A stretch of 64,000 nt of DNA from Squalus acanthias (lineage: Eukaryota): positions 149,484,001 through 149,548,000 of the forward strand of contig CM059431.1 of NCBI GenBank assembly GCA_030390025.1. Reading direction: 5' to 3'. Under the pieces are notes generated by a model. It made no database searches. It had not been told where the DNA came from and was given only the letters and a program-made list of their open reading frames with translations. Shown here one piece after another: positions 1 through 10,039 of the stretch (positions within the stretch are counted from its first letter, which is position 1; the number at the start of each line of letters is the position of its first letter). Both the position numbers and the translations under genes were made by a program.

Positions 1-96
1 TGCCTCCAGCACAAAGATCACCAGCCTCTCACAGAAGGGATGTTGTGGGCTCGAGGATCTTGACGGAAATTTTTCCTGAACAGTGGCAGTTTACAA

Positions 97-649
97 GTGT
101 ACTTTGGAATAACAAAAGAAAATGTATAAAAAACACTCAGCATGTCAGGCAGCATCCATGGAGAGAGAAACAGTATTACCGTTCCAGGTCTGTGACATTT
201 AGTCAGCACTGGAAAAAGTTAGAGATGTAGCAGATTTAAAGTAGGTACAGGGGCAGGGAAAGGGTGTAGAGGAGGAAGGAAGGAAAGGGAAGGTCTGTGA
301 TAGGGTGGAAGGCAGGAGTGGTTAATTGTTGCAAATGGGGATGGGAGAAATATCAACAGCTGCTGCCTGAAAATAATAGAGGCCTTGTTTATGGTCTGAA
401 ATGCGGAACTCAATGTTGAGTCCAGAAGGCTAAAAATGTCCCGAATAGAAAGCTGAAGTGCTGTTTCGCGAGCTTAAATTGACCTTCATTGGGACACTGT
501 AAGAAGCCGAGGAGAGATTAATGTGACAGGCGTGCAGAAGCTCGGGGTCAAGGTTACGGACTGAACAGAAGTGTTCCGCAAACCGATCACCCAATCTGCG
601 TTTGTTCTCCCCAATGTAGAGGAGACCGCATCCTTAGCAAGAATACAGT
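97..649 (-). mobile_element. Penelope-like element family A, 3' part (GIY-YIG remnant and 3' UTR/pLTR)
   Basis: Minus strand of ~405-650 reads CGLLYIGENKRRLGDRFAEHF...PSGLNIEF (decayed GIY-YIG). ~100-225 matches the pLTR-like segment at 3100-3240. Confidence 0.8.
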
Positions 650-920
650 CGCCGATTTAAAACTGAGATGAGGAGGTATTTCTTCCCTGAGATGGTCTAG
701 AATCTGTGGAAATCTCTGCCCCAGAGAACTTTTGGAGGCTCGATCATTGAATATATTTAAGGTGGAGATAGACAGATTTTCGAACAATAAGTTAGTGAAT
801 GGTTATGGGGAGCGGGCAGGAAAAATGGAGCTGAGCCCAAGATTAGATCAGCCATGATCTCATTAAATGGAGGAGCAGGCTCGAGGGGTCAAATGGCTAC
901 TCCTGCTCCTATTTCTTATG

Positions 921-1908
921 ATGTGGAGATGCCGGCGTTGGACTGGGGTGGACAAAAATGAGAAGTAGCACAACACCAGGTTATAGTCCAACAGATTTAT
1001 TTAATTTTACAAGCTTTCGGAGCAGTTCGCTCCTTCGTCAGGTAAGTTAGCAGTGAGAGAATCTCCCAGAATTCACAATTTAAACACAGACAAAATCTAT
1101 TCACATTTTTCCCTACAACAAAGAGCACAGCCAAGACAATGAGATGTGTCCCAGGGGGTCCAACGTGTCAAACCACCTGCTGGCTGCATATCCTGTCAAT
1201 TTGTGTAGGTTCTTGTGTTAGTCTTTTTAAAAAAAAAACCTGGGAAGACCGGCCATGATGTCAAGTCACGTTCTGTATCGTGACATGAACCCGATATCGC
1301 GATTGAGGCCATCCTCATGAGTGCGGAACTTGGCTATCAGTTTCTGCTCTATGATTTTGCGCTGTCGTGTATCTCGAATGCCGCCTTGGAGAACGCTTAC
1401 CCGCAGATCCGAGGCTGAATGCCCCTGGCTGCTGAAGTGTTCCCCGACTGGGAGGCAACCCTCCTGCCTAGCGATTGTTGCGCGGTGTCCGTTCATTCGT
1501 TGTCTCAGTGTCTGCATGGTCTCGCCGATGTACCATGCTCTGGAGCATCCTTTACTGCAACGTATCAGGTAGACAACGTTGGCCGAGTCACATGAGTATG
1601 TACCGTGTACCTGGTGGGTAGTGTCCTCACGTGTGATGATGGTATCTGTGTCCATGATTTGGCATGTCTTGCAGAGGTTGCCGTGGCAGGGTTGTGTGGT
1701 GTCTTGGTTGCTGTTCTCCTGAAAGATGGGTAATCTGCTGCGAACGATGGTACTTTTGAGGTTAGGCGGCTGCTTGAAGGCGAGTAGTGGAGGCGTGGGG
1801 ATGGCCTTAGCAAGGTGTTCGTCATCATCGATGACATGTTGAAGGCTGCGAAGAACATGGCGTAGTTTTTCCGCTCCGGGGAAGTACTGGACGACGTAGG
1901 GTACTCTG
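921..1908 (-). mobile_element. Penelope-like element family B, 5'-truncated copy (Cys linker, GIY-YIG endonuclease, 3' pLTR)
   Basis: ORF 1266-1655 has NVVYLIRC...WYIGET...LRQRMNGH...EQKLI...GLN (GIY-YIG). The sequence is near-identical to 26915-27873. Confidence 0.92.
1007..1045 (-). ncRNA. Minimal type I hammerhead ribozyme motif in Penelope B pLTR
   Basis: Minus strand: ttac CTGACGA a ggagc-gaact-gctcc GAAA gc TT gtaa. Core boxes intact, 5-bp stem II, 4-bp stem I, palindromic AGCT stem III. Confidence 0.8.
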
Positions 1909-1930
1909 TTTCTTATGATCTTATGTCCTT

Positions 1931-2155
1931 ATACAATATTGCAAGACGTACAAGTAAATCGCTTTTTCGCCTGGAAGGATTGTTTGGGGCCCTGGACAGT
2001 GGGAAAGGAGGAGGTCAAACGACAGGTGTTGCATCTCCTGCTTTTGCACGGGAAGGTACCGTAGGGAGGGACGGGGTTATTGTGAGTGATTGAAGAGTGG
2101 AGCAGCGTTTTTTGGAGGGAGCGTTTCCTTCGGAATGCTGAAAGGTGAAGGGAGT
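1931..2155 (-). mobile_element. Penelope-like element family A, upstream part (Cys-rich linker before GIY-YIG)
   Basis: Minus strand reads PPYGTFPCKSRRCNTC...VQGPKQSFQAKKRFTCTSCNIV and continues as YCI...CGLLYIG at ~649 once the nested inserts are removed. Confidence 0.8.
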
Positions 2156-2460
2156 GTTTACAAAAGGTTTACTATCCCCTTCTCGCTGCTGTTAGTGTTT
2201 CTAGTAAGTGTCTATGTCCAGTTATTAATTCTATAAACTAAGTTACACTGTAATATTATTCTTGCTATTTACGATGCCATTCTCAGTTATTAATGGTATT
2301 TTGTGTTTTAAGTCGTTGCATCTTTGTTGATGCAATAGTTGTTCTTTAAAAAGACTGGCACATCCTCGCTGCTCTTGGTGTTCCTGGTAAGTCTCTGTTA
2401 ATTACTCTCCACACACCACCTCGCTACTGTTGGTGTCCCTGTTATTCTCTGTATCCAGCT

Positions 2461-2858
2461 ATCTCATTGAAACTTATACAATTCTAACAGGACTGGACAG
2501 ACTACATGCAGGAAGGATGTTCCCGATGGCGGGGGAGTCCAGAACCAGGGGTCACAGTCTAAGGATAAGGGGTAAGCCATTTAGGACTGCGATGAGGAGG
2601 AATTTCTTCACCCAGAGAGTGGTGAACCTGTGGAATTCTCTACCACAGAAGGCAGTAGAGGCCAATTCATTAAATATATTCAAGAAGGAGTTCGATATAT
2701 TTCTTAAAGCTAAAGGGATCAAGGGTGATGGGGAGAAGGCAGGGACAGGGTACTGAATTTGGATGATCAGCCATGATCTCATTGAATGGCGGAGCAGGCT
2801 CGAGGGGCTGAATGGCCTGCTCCTGCTCCTATCTTCTATGTTTCTATGTATGTTTCTA
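2461..2858 (+). mobile_element. CR1 LINE 3' fragment in the GPCR intron
   Basis: LIETYTILTGLDRLHAGRMFP...GEKAGTGY* is nearly identical to the ORF2 C-terminus at ~13445-13739. TTCTATG tail. Confidence 0.92.
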
Positions 2859-3099
2859 TTATTTCTATAAATCATGTTAAACTGTATTTCTCTCCTTGTC
2901 ATGCCGCATCCCATCCGTACTTCCGTCAGCTATTGATTCTGAAGGTGAGACGGTGTTACCAAGATTCAATTGTTTTATATTCAACTCAAGAAAATATATT
3001 GGACGACTCTCTATGCTTAAGGAAGTTCGTTTTGCTATCTTCACTGCACATTTGTAACAAATCAGATGAACGTTGTCTTGGTTGAGGAGACTTTTCACC

Positions 3100-3240
3100 T
3101 AATGCCGAAAGATCATCGACCTGAAACGTTAAATCTCTCTCTCTCTCTGAACAGATGCTGCCTGACCTGCTGAATATTTAAAACATTTTCAGTTCTTATT
3201 TCAGATTTCCAGCATCCGCAGTAATTTGTTTTTGTTTTCA
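3100..3240 (+). mobile_element. Solo pLTR-like fragment of Penelope family A with decayed hammerhead motif
   Basis: gaaagatcatcgacctgaaacgttaa...cagatgctgcctgacctgctga is homologous to the reverse complement of ~100-215. Confidence 0.65.
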
Positions 3241-4541
3241 CCGAATGCTCGGTATGGTTAATGACACAGAGTCACAGGAACAAATCCTGGCAGATCACAC
3301 CCACATCTTTATATGTCTGAAATATCCGCGAATCATTCAGTTCCAGTCTGTGTCTCCTTTCCCACCATCTCCAGCTCTACATTAGTGGCACAGCTTCTGA
3401 TGGTTAGAAAAGGATTACAAGGAAAACTTACATTCTCAAAAAGCGTGCAGTCAGCCATATTTCAATTAGTTTATTTCCAATCTTTGTTTTGAATTTACAG
3501 TTGGATCCCATGCCCGTCTGTTACAGTTCAGTGGATCTCTCAGTGAGACCCAGACTGATTTTCTATTGCCTCCTGCTGTACTGCAGGATAAACAATCACA
3601 GCTGATTGTAACTGAAGTATTGAGGATAAGAAAATCCTTTCATATTTTCTCGACTGATAATCTCTTCCATTTGTGTTCAGATACTTAACAAAAACAATCG
3701 GCGGTACTTTGCCTGTTGGTTAAGTCGCGTGATTATGAACATAAAAAGTGTATTTAGTGGAATATTACCTGGCCAATGATAACTGTTTATTTTAACTCAG
3801 AATCCATTCTTTCCAATGTTATTTGGAAAATCTTCCTTTCAATTAACTACAATTTGAGTTTTTCAACAAAACTGCAGAAAACTCAATCTTCAAATCACTT
3901 CTTACAGCACAGTTATCTTTATTACTGTAGTGCACATGTATTTATTATCTAAGATTTGCATATTACAGCCGTACAATTTTAAATACAATTGCCAGTAATT
4001 ATTGCACGCTGTTTGGATTTTCTGTATTTTGCCGTTGCAATCCTTTTCAGTTCTACATAGAATGGATATTCTAACCAGGAGCAGGAATACAAGCGGGAAT
4101 TTCCCCTCCCTAACACAAGGGCACAGAAGCGAATTACACCGCTCCAAATGCTGACTGATCCCGGGACACGAAGGCTTCCTGAGAGGTTCTGGTCCTTTGT
4201 GTCTCTGGTACGTCGGGGTGAGCTTTTGTCTGCTGGGCTAAAGGCAGATCTATCAGTTAATCTCTCATTGTTCAAACATATGTTGCTTTCATGCTATATT
4301 TATCCCCGTTTCATTTATGAATTCCACATTCTATTCCCGATTATTCTTACAATAAATCCTGCATTCAGCTCCAACGGTAATAGAATTAGATTATATAATT
4401 GATTGTCGCTATTGATTCGCAGATTTCACCCCGATTTCCATCAAACTGCTGCTCTTGCTCCCAGCCTGATGTATAATTTCCCTGTTTATTTCCCCTCCCA
4501 GCCTGATGTAAAATTACTCTGTTTATTTCCGTTCCACACAG

Positions 4542-5443
4542 CGAACTTAGTGACGATTGCGATCCTGTCTCGGGGAAAGTGCGGTCTCTCCAAATGTGTC
4601 ACTCGCTACCTGGTGGCCATGGCAGCGGCGGATCTACTGGTCGTTATACTCGACCTGATATTGAAGCAGATTCCAATTCTTTATATGGAACAATTTTTTT
4701 TCTTACTAACACTCCCCGTGTGTAATATCCATGCCGTCCTGCTTTATGCAGCCGCAGATTGTTCTGTCTGGTTCACCGTCACTTTCACCTTTGATCGATT
4801 TGTGGCCATTTGTCGCCAGAAGCTAAAAATTAAACATTGCACCGAGAAAACGGCGGCTGTGGTTCTAGGAACAGTGACTGTGCTGAGCGGTTCAAAGAAC
4901 ATTTTCTGGTATTTTATCTTCACAGATCGGTATCAGCTTCAGAGCCACCCCTGGTTTTGTGATGTAACAATCAATTTTTGGATGTCAAGGGTCTGGGGAA
5001 CAATCGAGTTCCTTCATTATATTCTCACACCGGGGGTCCCATTTTTTGTGATTCTGCTGCTCAATGCTGTCACGGTCAGACACATTTTAGTGGCCAGCAG
5101 AGCCCGCAGGAGACTCAGGGGTCCCAGCAGTGGGGAGAGTCCCAGAGACCCAGAGATGGAGAGCCGCAGGAAATCCATCATTTTACTTCTTGTTATCTCG
5201 GGCAACTTCATCCTGTTATGGGCAGCGTTTATGGTGTCTGCTATATGGAACCGGATGCGGTATGTGGAGTTTCGGTCTGTAAGTCCACCTCTTTATTTAC
5301 AGGAATTTGGATTAATGCTGCAGCTGCTGAGTTGCTGCACAAACACTGGAATTTACACGGTGACCCAGACTAAGTTCAGAGAGCAGTTGAAGAATGTGGG
5401 GAAATATCTGTTTACTCTGATTTTAAAATTCATTAAAGGATGA
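4542..5443 (+). CDS. Main coding exon of a rhodopsin-class GPCR, GPR139/GPR142-like (family expanded in cartilaginous fishes)
   Basis: Acceptor ttccgttccacacAG at 4540-4541 (phase 1). Open frame NLVTIAILSRGKCGLS, TM2 LVAMAAADLLV, TM3 FTFDRFVAIC, TM5 LTPGVPF, TM6 SGNFILLW, TM7 SCCTNTGIY, stop TGA at 5441-5443. The ORF-track start at 4403 is intronic. Confidence 0.92.
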
Positions 5444-5543
5444 TGTAAAGCGGAGTCTTTGTAGCCTCAGAGCTCCCTGGGACTCATATTGCGGCGCGCC
5501 GTTCACCCCCGGAAAGCCCGCCGGCGGCGAAATTCACATAATG

Positions 5544-6000
5544 AAGATGGTGGCCCCGGCGCCCCGCACAAAGATGGCGGCCCCGGCGCACAGCAGAAAG
5601 ATGGCGGCCCCAGCGCCTAGCACTAAGAAGGCACCCCCCGGGGTCCCGATGAATGATGGCAGCTCCGTTGCTTCGCACAAAAATGTCGGATTCGTTTTAC
5701 CGCACAAAAATGGTTACTCCGGCGCCCCTAAAAAGATGGCGGCTCCGGCGTCCTGCACAAAGATGGCGGCTCTCGCGCCCTAAACAAAGATGGAGGCCCT
5801 GGAGCCCGCAACTCAGATGGCGGATCTGGGGTCCCGAAAAATGATGGTGGCTCTGGCACCCCTAACAAAGATGGCGGCTCCGGTGCCCCTCAGAAAAATA
5901 GCGGTTCTGGCGCCCCTAAAAAAGATGGCGGCTCTAGCGTCCCTTGCAAAGATCGCGGCTCTGGCGGCCCGCACAAAGATGGCTGTTCTGGTTATAACAT
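5544..6000 (+). repeat. 27-bp CpG-rich minisatellite (17 units) carrying AAGATGGCGG (YY1 consensus)
   Basis: Unit starts at 5544+27n up to 5976. Exact AAGATGGCGG at 5571, 5598, 5733, 5760, 5868, 5922. Confidence 0.9.
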
Positions 6001-6029
6001 TATAACCCTTCATAAATCATTAATTTATT

Positions 6030-6427
6030 CATTCTTGGTATGTGGACGTCGCAGGCATATCCAGCATTTATTGTACATCCCTAATTGCCCTGGAGAAGGT
6101 GGTGGTGAGTCAGCTCAAACAACTGAATGGCTTGCTAGGCCATTTCAGAGGGTACTTAATAGTCAACCACATTGCTGTGAGTTTTCAGTCACATTTCGTA
6201 CAGAATGGGTAACGACGGCAGATTTCCTTCCCTGAAGGACATTAGTGAGTCAGATGTGTTTTTATTACAATGCAGTAGTGTCATGGTCACCTTTACTGTC
6301 AGTTATTTTGAATTCCAGATTTGTTTACTTATTTGAAATTAAATTCCCCAGCTGGTGGGATTATGAACTCAGGATCATTCGTCCAGGCATCTGGTTTACT
6401 AGTCCAGCAACATAACCATTATGCTAC
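6030..6427 (-). mobile_element. tRNA-head SINE whose 3' tail is shared with LINE family 2
   Basis: Minus strand begins ggtagcataatggtta (A-box-like) ... gagttcataatccc (B-box-like). Ends with caccaccttctccagggcaattagggatg...aataaatgctgg, as in the LINE 3' end at ~15005-15075. Confidence 0.7.
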
Positions 6428-6431
6428 CGTA

Positions 6432-6645
6432 CCCTTGAAATATATCGCTCTTCCTTCATCGTCATTCGGTCAAAAGCCTGAAATTCCTTCCGTAATAGTT
6501 TTGTGGGAGCACCTTCACCACACCGACAGCAGCGGTTCAAGATGAAGGCCCACCATTTTATCTTGGGTAACTGCGAATTGGCAAGTAATACCGGCCTTGA
6601 CAGCGTCACCTATATCCTGAGAACAAATAAATATAAATAATAAAA
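6432..6645 (+). mobile_element. LINE family 2, decayed 3' end
   Basis: Aligns by eye to ~14885-15095 (ttccttcatcgtc...gtcaaaa.cctg...gcggttcaaga). Confidence 0.7.
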
Positions 6646-6884
6646 TGGGAATAAAATCACTGATTTTGAAAATCACTGATTGAAACCAGGCGAGGTATGT
6701 GGCCAGAGCGCGGAGTCATGTTCCGCTAAACAAACTGTCACCACAACTTGGGTCACCAATTCTATTATTTTATGATTGAAACTACTCACACTTTCCCATT
6801 TTTCCTATACGTTGAAAGGGTGCTTGATAAAGTGAAACATATTACCAATATTGAAGCCCATGGGATTAAATTGGCAGTGGCAAC

Positions 6885-8450
6885 AGTGAGTGGTGCGACT
6901 TATATCAGTATTACAGTGACTGGTGTGGGTTGTAACAATCCAGAGTGTGGCATGTTTCAGAGAGTTACCGTGAATAGTGTGAGGTAAAGCAGAGTGTTAC
7001 ATTGTGGATTGTGGGGTATATCAGGGTGTTACAGGGAGCTGTGTGGGGTATATCAGACTGTTAAAGTGAGGGGTGTGCGGTATATCAGAGTGTTACAGTG
7101 AGGGTTGTGGGTTATATCAGAATGTTACAGTGAGTGTTGTGGGGTATATCGGAGTGTGTTACAGTGAGGGGGTGTAGTATATCAGAGTGTTACAGTTAGG
7201 GTTTGGGGTATATCTGACAGTTACAGCGAGGGTTGTGGGGCATATTATACAGTTACAGCGAGGGATGCTGGGGTATATCAGAGTGTTACAGTGAGAGGTG
7301 TGGGGTATATCAGAGTCTTACTGTGTTGTGGGGCATATCAGGGTGTTACAGTGAGTGGTGTGATTATATCAGAGTTTTACAGTGAGGAGTGTGGAGTATA
7401 TCAGTGTTACAGTGAGATGTGTTGGGTATATCAGAGTGTTACAGCGAGTGGTGTGGAGTATGTCAGAGTGTTACTGGGTTGTGGGGTATATCAGAGTGTT
7501 ACACTTAGTGGTGTGGTGTATATTGTGGAGTGTGGGCTACATCAGAATGTTACAGTCAGTTGTGTGGGATATTTCAGAGTGTTTCAGTGTGGGGTGTTTC
7601 AGAGTGTTACAGTGTTGATTGTGGAGTATATCAGAGTGTGTTACAGTGAGGGGTTGGAATGTATCAGAGTGTGCTGCAGTGAGATTTGCGAGGTTTATCA
7701 GTATTACAGCAAGTGGTGTGGGGATTAACAGCCCACTATGTGGCATATTAAGATTGTTACAGTGAGTGGTGTCGGCTGTATGGGTAGATAGCAGGAATAT
7801 GGTATTGAGATGAAGGAACAGCCATGATCATATTGAATGGTGGAACAGGCTCAAATGGCCGAATGGCCTACTGCTTCTTCTATTTTTCTATGTTTCTATG
7901 TATTTCAGATTGTTATAGTGAGGGGTGTGGGGTATAGCAGATTGTTACACTGAGGGGCATGTGGAATATAACAGAGTGAGAGTGACAGATGTGGGATATA
8001 TTAAAGGTTTACAGTGAATGGTGTGCTGTATATCAGATGTTTACAGTGAGGCTGTGTGGGAAATCAGAGAGATATAGTGTTGGGTGTGTATATCAGCATG
8101 TCGCAGTGAGTGGTGTGGGGTTTATAAGAGTGCTTCTGGGGTGTGGAATGTAACTGAGTGTTACAGTGAGGGTTGTGGGGTGTATCAGAGTGTTACAGTG
8201 AGGGGTGTGTGGTATATCAGTGTGTTACAGTGTGTGGTGTGGGGTGTGTGGTATATCTGAATGTAACAGTGAGGGGTCTCGCGTATATCAAAGTGTTACA
8301 GTGAGGGTGTGCGGTATGTCAGAGTGTGTCACAGTGAGTGGTGTGGGACACATAAAAGTATTAAGGGTTGGTGTTTTTTTATAGTGTTACAGTGTTTGGT
8401 GTGGGGTATATCAGAGAGTGTTACTCTGAGTGGTATGGGATATATCAGAG
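6885..8450 (+). repeat. ~30-33-bp minisatellite (gtgtggggtatatcagagtgttacagtgag), interrupted by a CR1 tail at ~7775-7900
   Basis: Directly visible tandem units. The insert carries gccatgatcatattgaatgg...ggccgaatggcctac and a TTCTATG tail. Confidence 0.9.
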
Positions 8451-8670
8451 ATACAGTGTAAAGCTCCCTCTACACTGTACCATCAAACACGTCCAGGGCA
8501 CATGCTGCTCTGGTGACACAAAGAATATAGCTTCCTCTGCACTGTCCCACCAAACAATGCAACCATATTACGGCATGAGTTAGATAGAGAATAAACGTCC
8601 CTTTACACTGTCCCATCAAAATTCCCAGGGTAGGTAAAGCATTGGTTACATACAGATTAAAGCTCCCTCT
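8450..8670 (+). repeat. 67-bp satellite, left portion
   Basis: Unit gttagatacagagtaaagctccctctacactgtcccatcaaacactcccagggcaggtacagcacgg. It breaks at ...aagctccctct (8670) and resumes as cactgtcccat after 13837. Confidence 0.85.
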
Positions 8671-8930
8671 TACAAATCCAGGTTCGGGAGAGGGAAGCAA
8701 AAAGTATTCGTAGTATGACATCACCAAAAAGCAAGTACGTGATTGGTTGGTGAGTGTTTTCTTTTTCAATGTTTCTAAACTTAAATTTTGTGGTTTCTAC
8801 GGTCTCTTTGCGTAGCGGGGACTACTGTTAAGCAAGGGCCCTTGAGTATATCACTTAATTCCTGTGTAATTGGTGGGATCCATTTAATTTTATTTTAATT
8901 TTAATTAATTACTTAATTAAAGGGTAATTC

Positions 8931-9867
8931 ATGGCAGGACTGCTCGGGGCTGTGACATGCTCTTCCTGCACTATGTGGGAAATCAGGAACACTTCCTGTG
9001 TCCCTGACAATCATGTGTGCGGGATGTGTATCCAGCTGCAGCTACAGAGAGACCGCATTGCGGCGCTGGAGCTGCGGATGGATGCATACTGGAGCATTCA
9101 CGATGCTGAGGACAACGTGGATAACACGTTTAGGGAGTTGGTCACACCGCAGTTAAAGGGTATACAGGCAGGAAGGGAATGGGTGAACACCAGGCAGAGT
9201 AATAGGCGCAGGCAGTGGTCCCCTGTGGCCATCCCCCTCTCAAACAGATATACCGCTTTGGATATTGTTGAGGGAAAAGGCTTATCAGGGGAAGTCAGCA
9301 GCAGCCAACTTCCTAGCAGCGTAGGTGGTTCTGCTGCACAGGATGGCAGGAAAAAGAGAGGGAGAGCTATGGTGATAGGGGATTCTATTGTAAGGGGAAT
9401 AGATAGGCGTTTCTGCGGCTGCAAAAAGAGACTCCAGGATGGTATGTTGCCTCCCTGGTGCAAGGGTCAAGGATGTCTCAGAGCGGCTACAGAGCATTTT
9501 GGAAGGGGAGGGTGAACAGCCTGTTGTCGTGATGCATATAGGTACCAACGATATAGGTAAAAAACGGGATGAGGTCCTAAAAGCAGAAAATAGGGAGTTA
9601 GGAGGTAAATTAAAAAATAGGACCACAAATGTAGTAATCTCAGGATTGCTACCAGTGCCACGTCCTAGTCAGAGTAGAAATAGAACGATATTTCAAATGA
9701 ATACATGGCTAGAGGAATGGTGCATGGGGGAGGGATTCAAATTCCTGGGGCATTGGAACCGGTTCTGGGGGACGTGGGACCATTACAAACCGGACGGTCT
9801 ACACCTGGGCAGGGCAGGACCGATTTCCGAGGGGGAGTGTTTGCTAATGCACTGGGGGAGGGTTTAA
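8931..9867 (+). pseudogene. CR1 ORF1 (Zn-finger, coiled coil, SGNH esterase), frameshifted
   Basis: CSSC...CGMC, LQRDRIAALELRM, LSNRYTAL, VIGDSIVRG. A second frame continues CCLPGARVKDV, HIGTNDIG, YKPDGLHL. Confidence 0.9.
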
Positions 9868-10039
9868 ACTAAATGGCAGGGGGTTGGGAACCTGAGCAGG
9901 GAGACAGAGGACAGGAAAACAAGGATAAAAGCAAAAGATAGGAAGGAGAACAACAATAGTGGCAGTCAGAGAAAACTACGGTTTAAATCAAACATGGCCA
10001 CAGTAAATACAAATTCTAATTGGTCTAAGAGCGTTAAAA

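Larger units (their letters stand above)
648..1930 (+). mobile_element. CR1 LINE 3' fragment (648-920, tail resumes 1909-1930), nested in Penelope A
   Basis: Matches the 3' end of the long CR1 at ~13560-13837 (gagatgaggagg...gccatgatctcatt...tcctgctcctat) and has a (TCTTATG)-type tail. Confidence 0.85.
40..2203 (+). pseudogene. Disrupted first coding exon of the GPR139-like GPCR (pieces 40-96 and 2156-2203, split by a Penelope insertion)
   Basis: 2158-2203 reads LQKVYYPLLAAVSVS followed by GTAAGT at 2204 (phase 1), matching the YYPxLAAxGVP start of TM1 in this family. GTTTACAA is duplicated at 89-96 and 2156-2163. Removing the insert joins in frame to ATG at 40 (MLWARGS*RKFFLNSGSLQKVYYP), with a TGA at 61-63. 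Confidence 0.7.

Noticed and set aside
4403..4541. ORF-track N-terminal extension of the GPCR
   Set aside because: Starts at TTG, lacks the TM1 first half, and contains a 37-bp duplicated pyrimidine tract ending in the acceptor AG. It is intronic.
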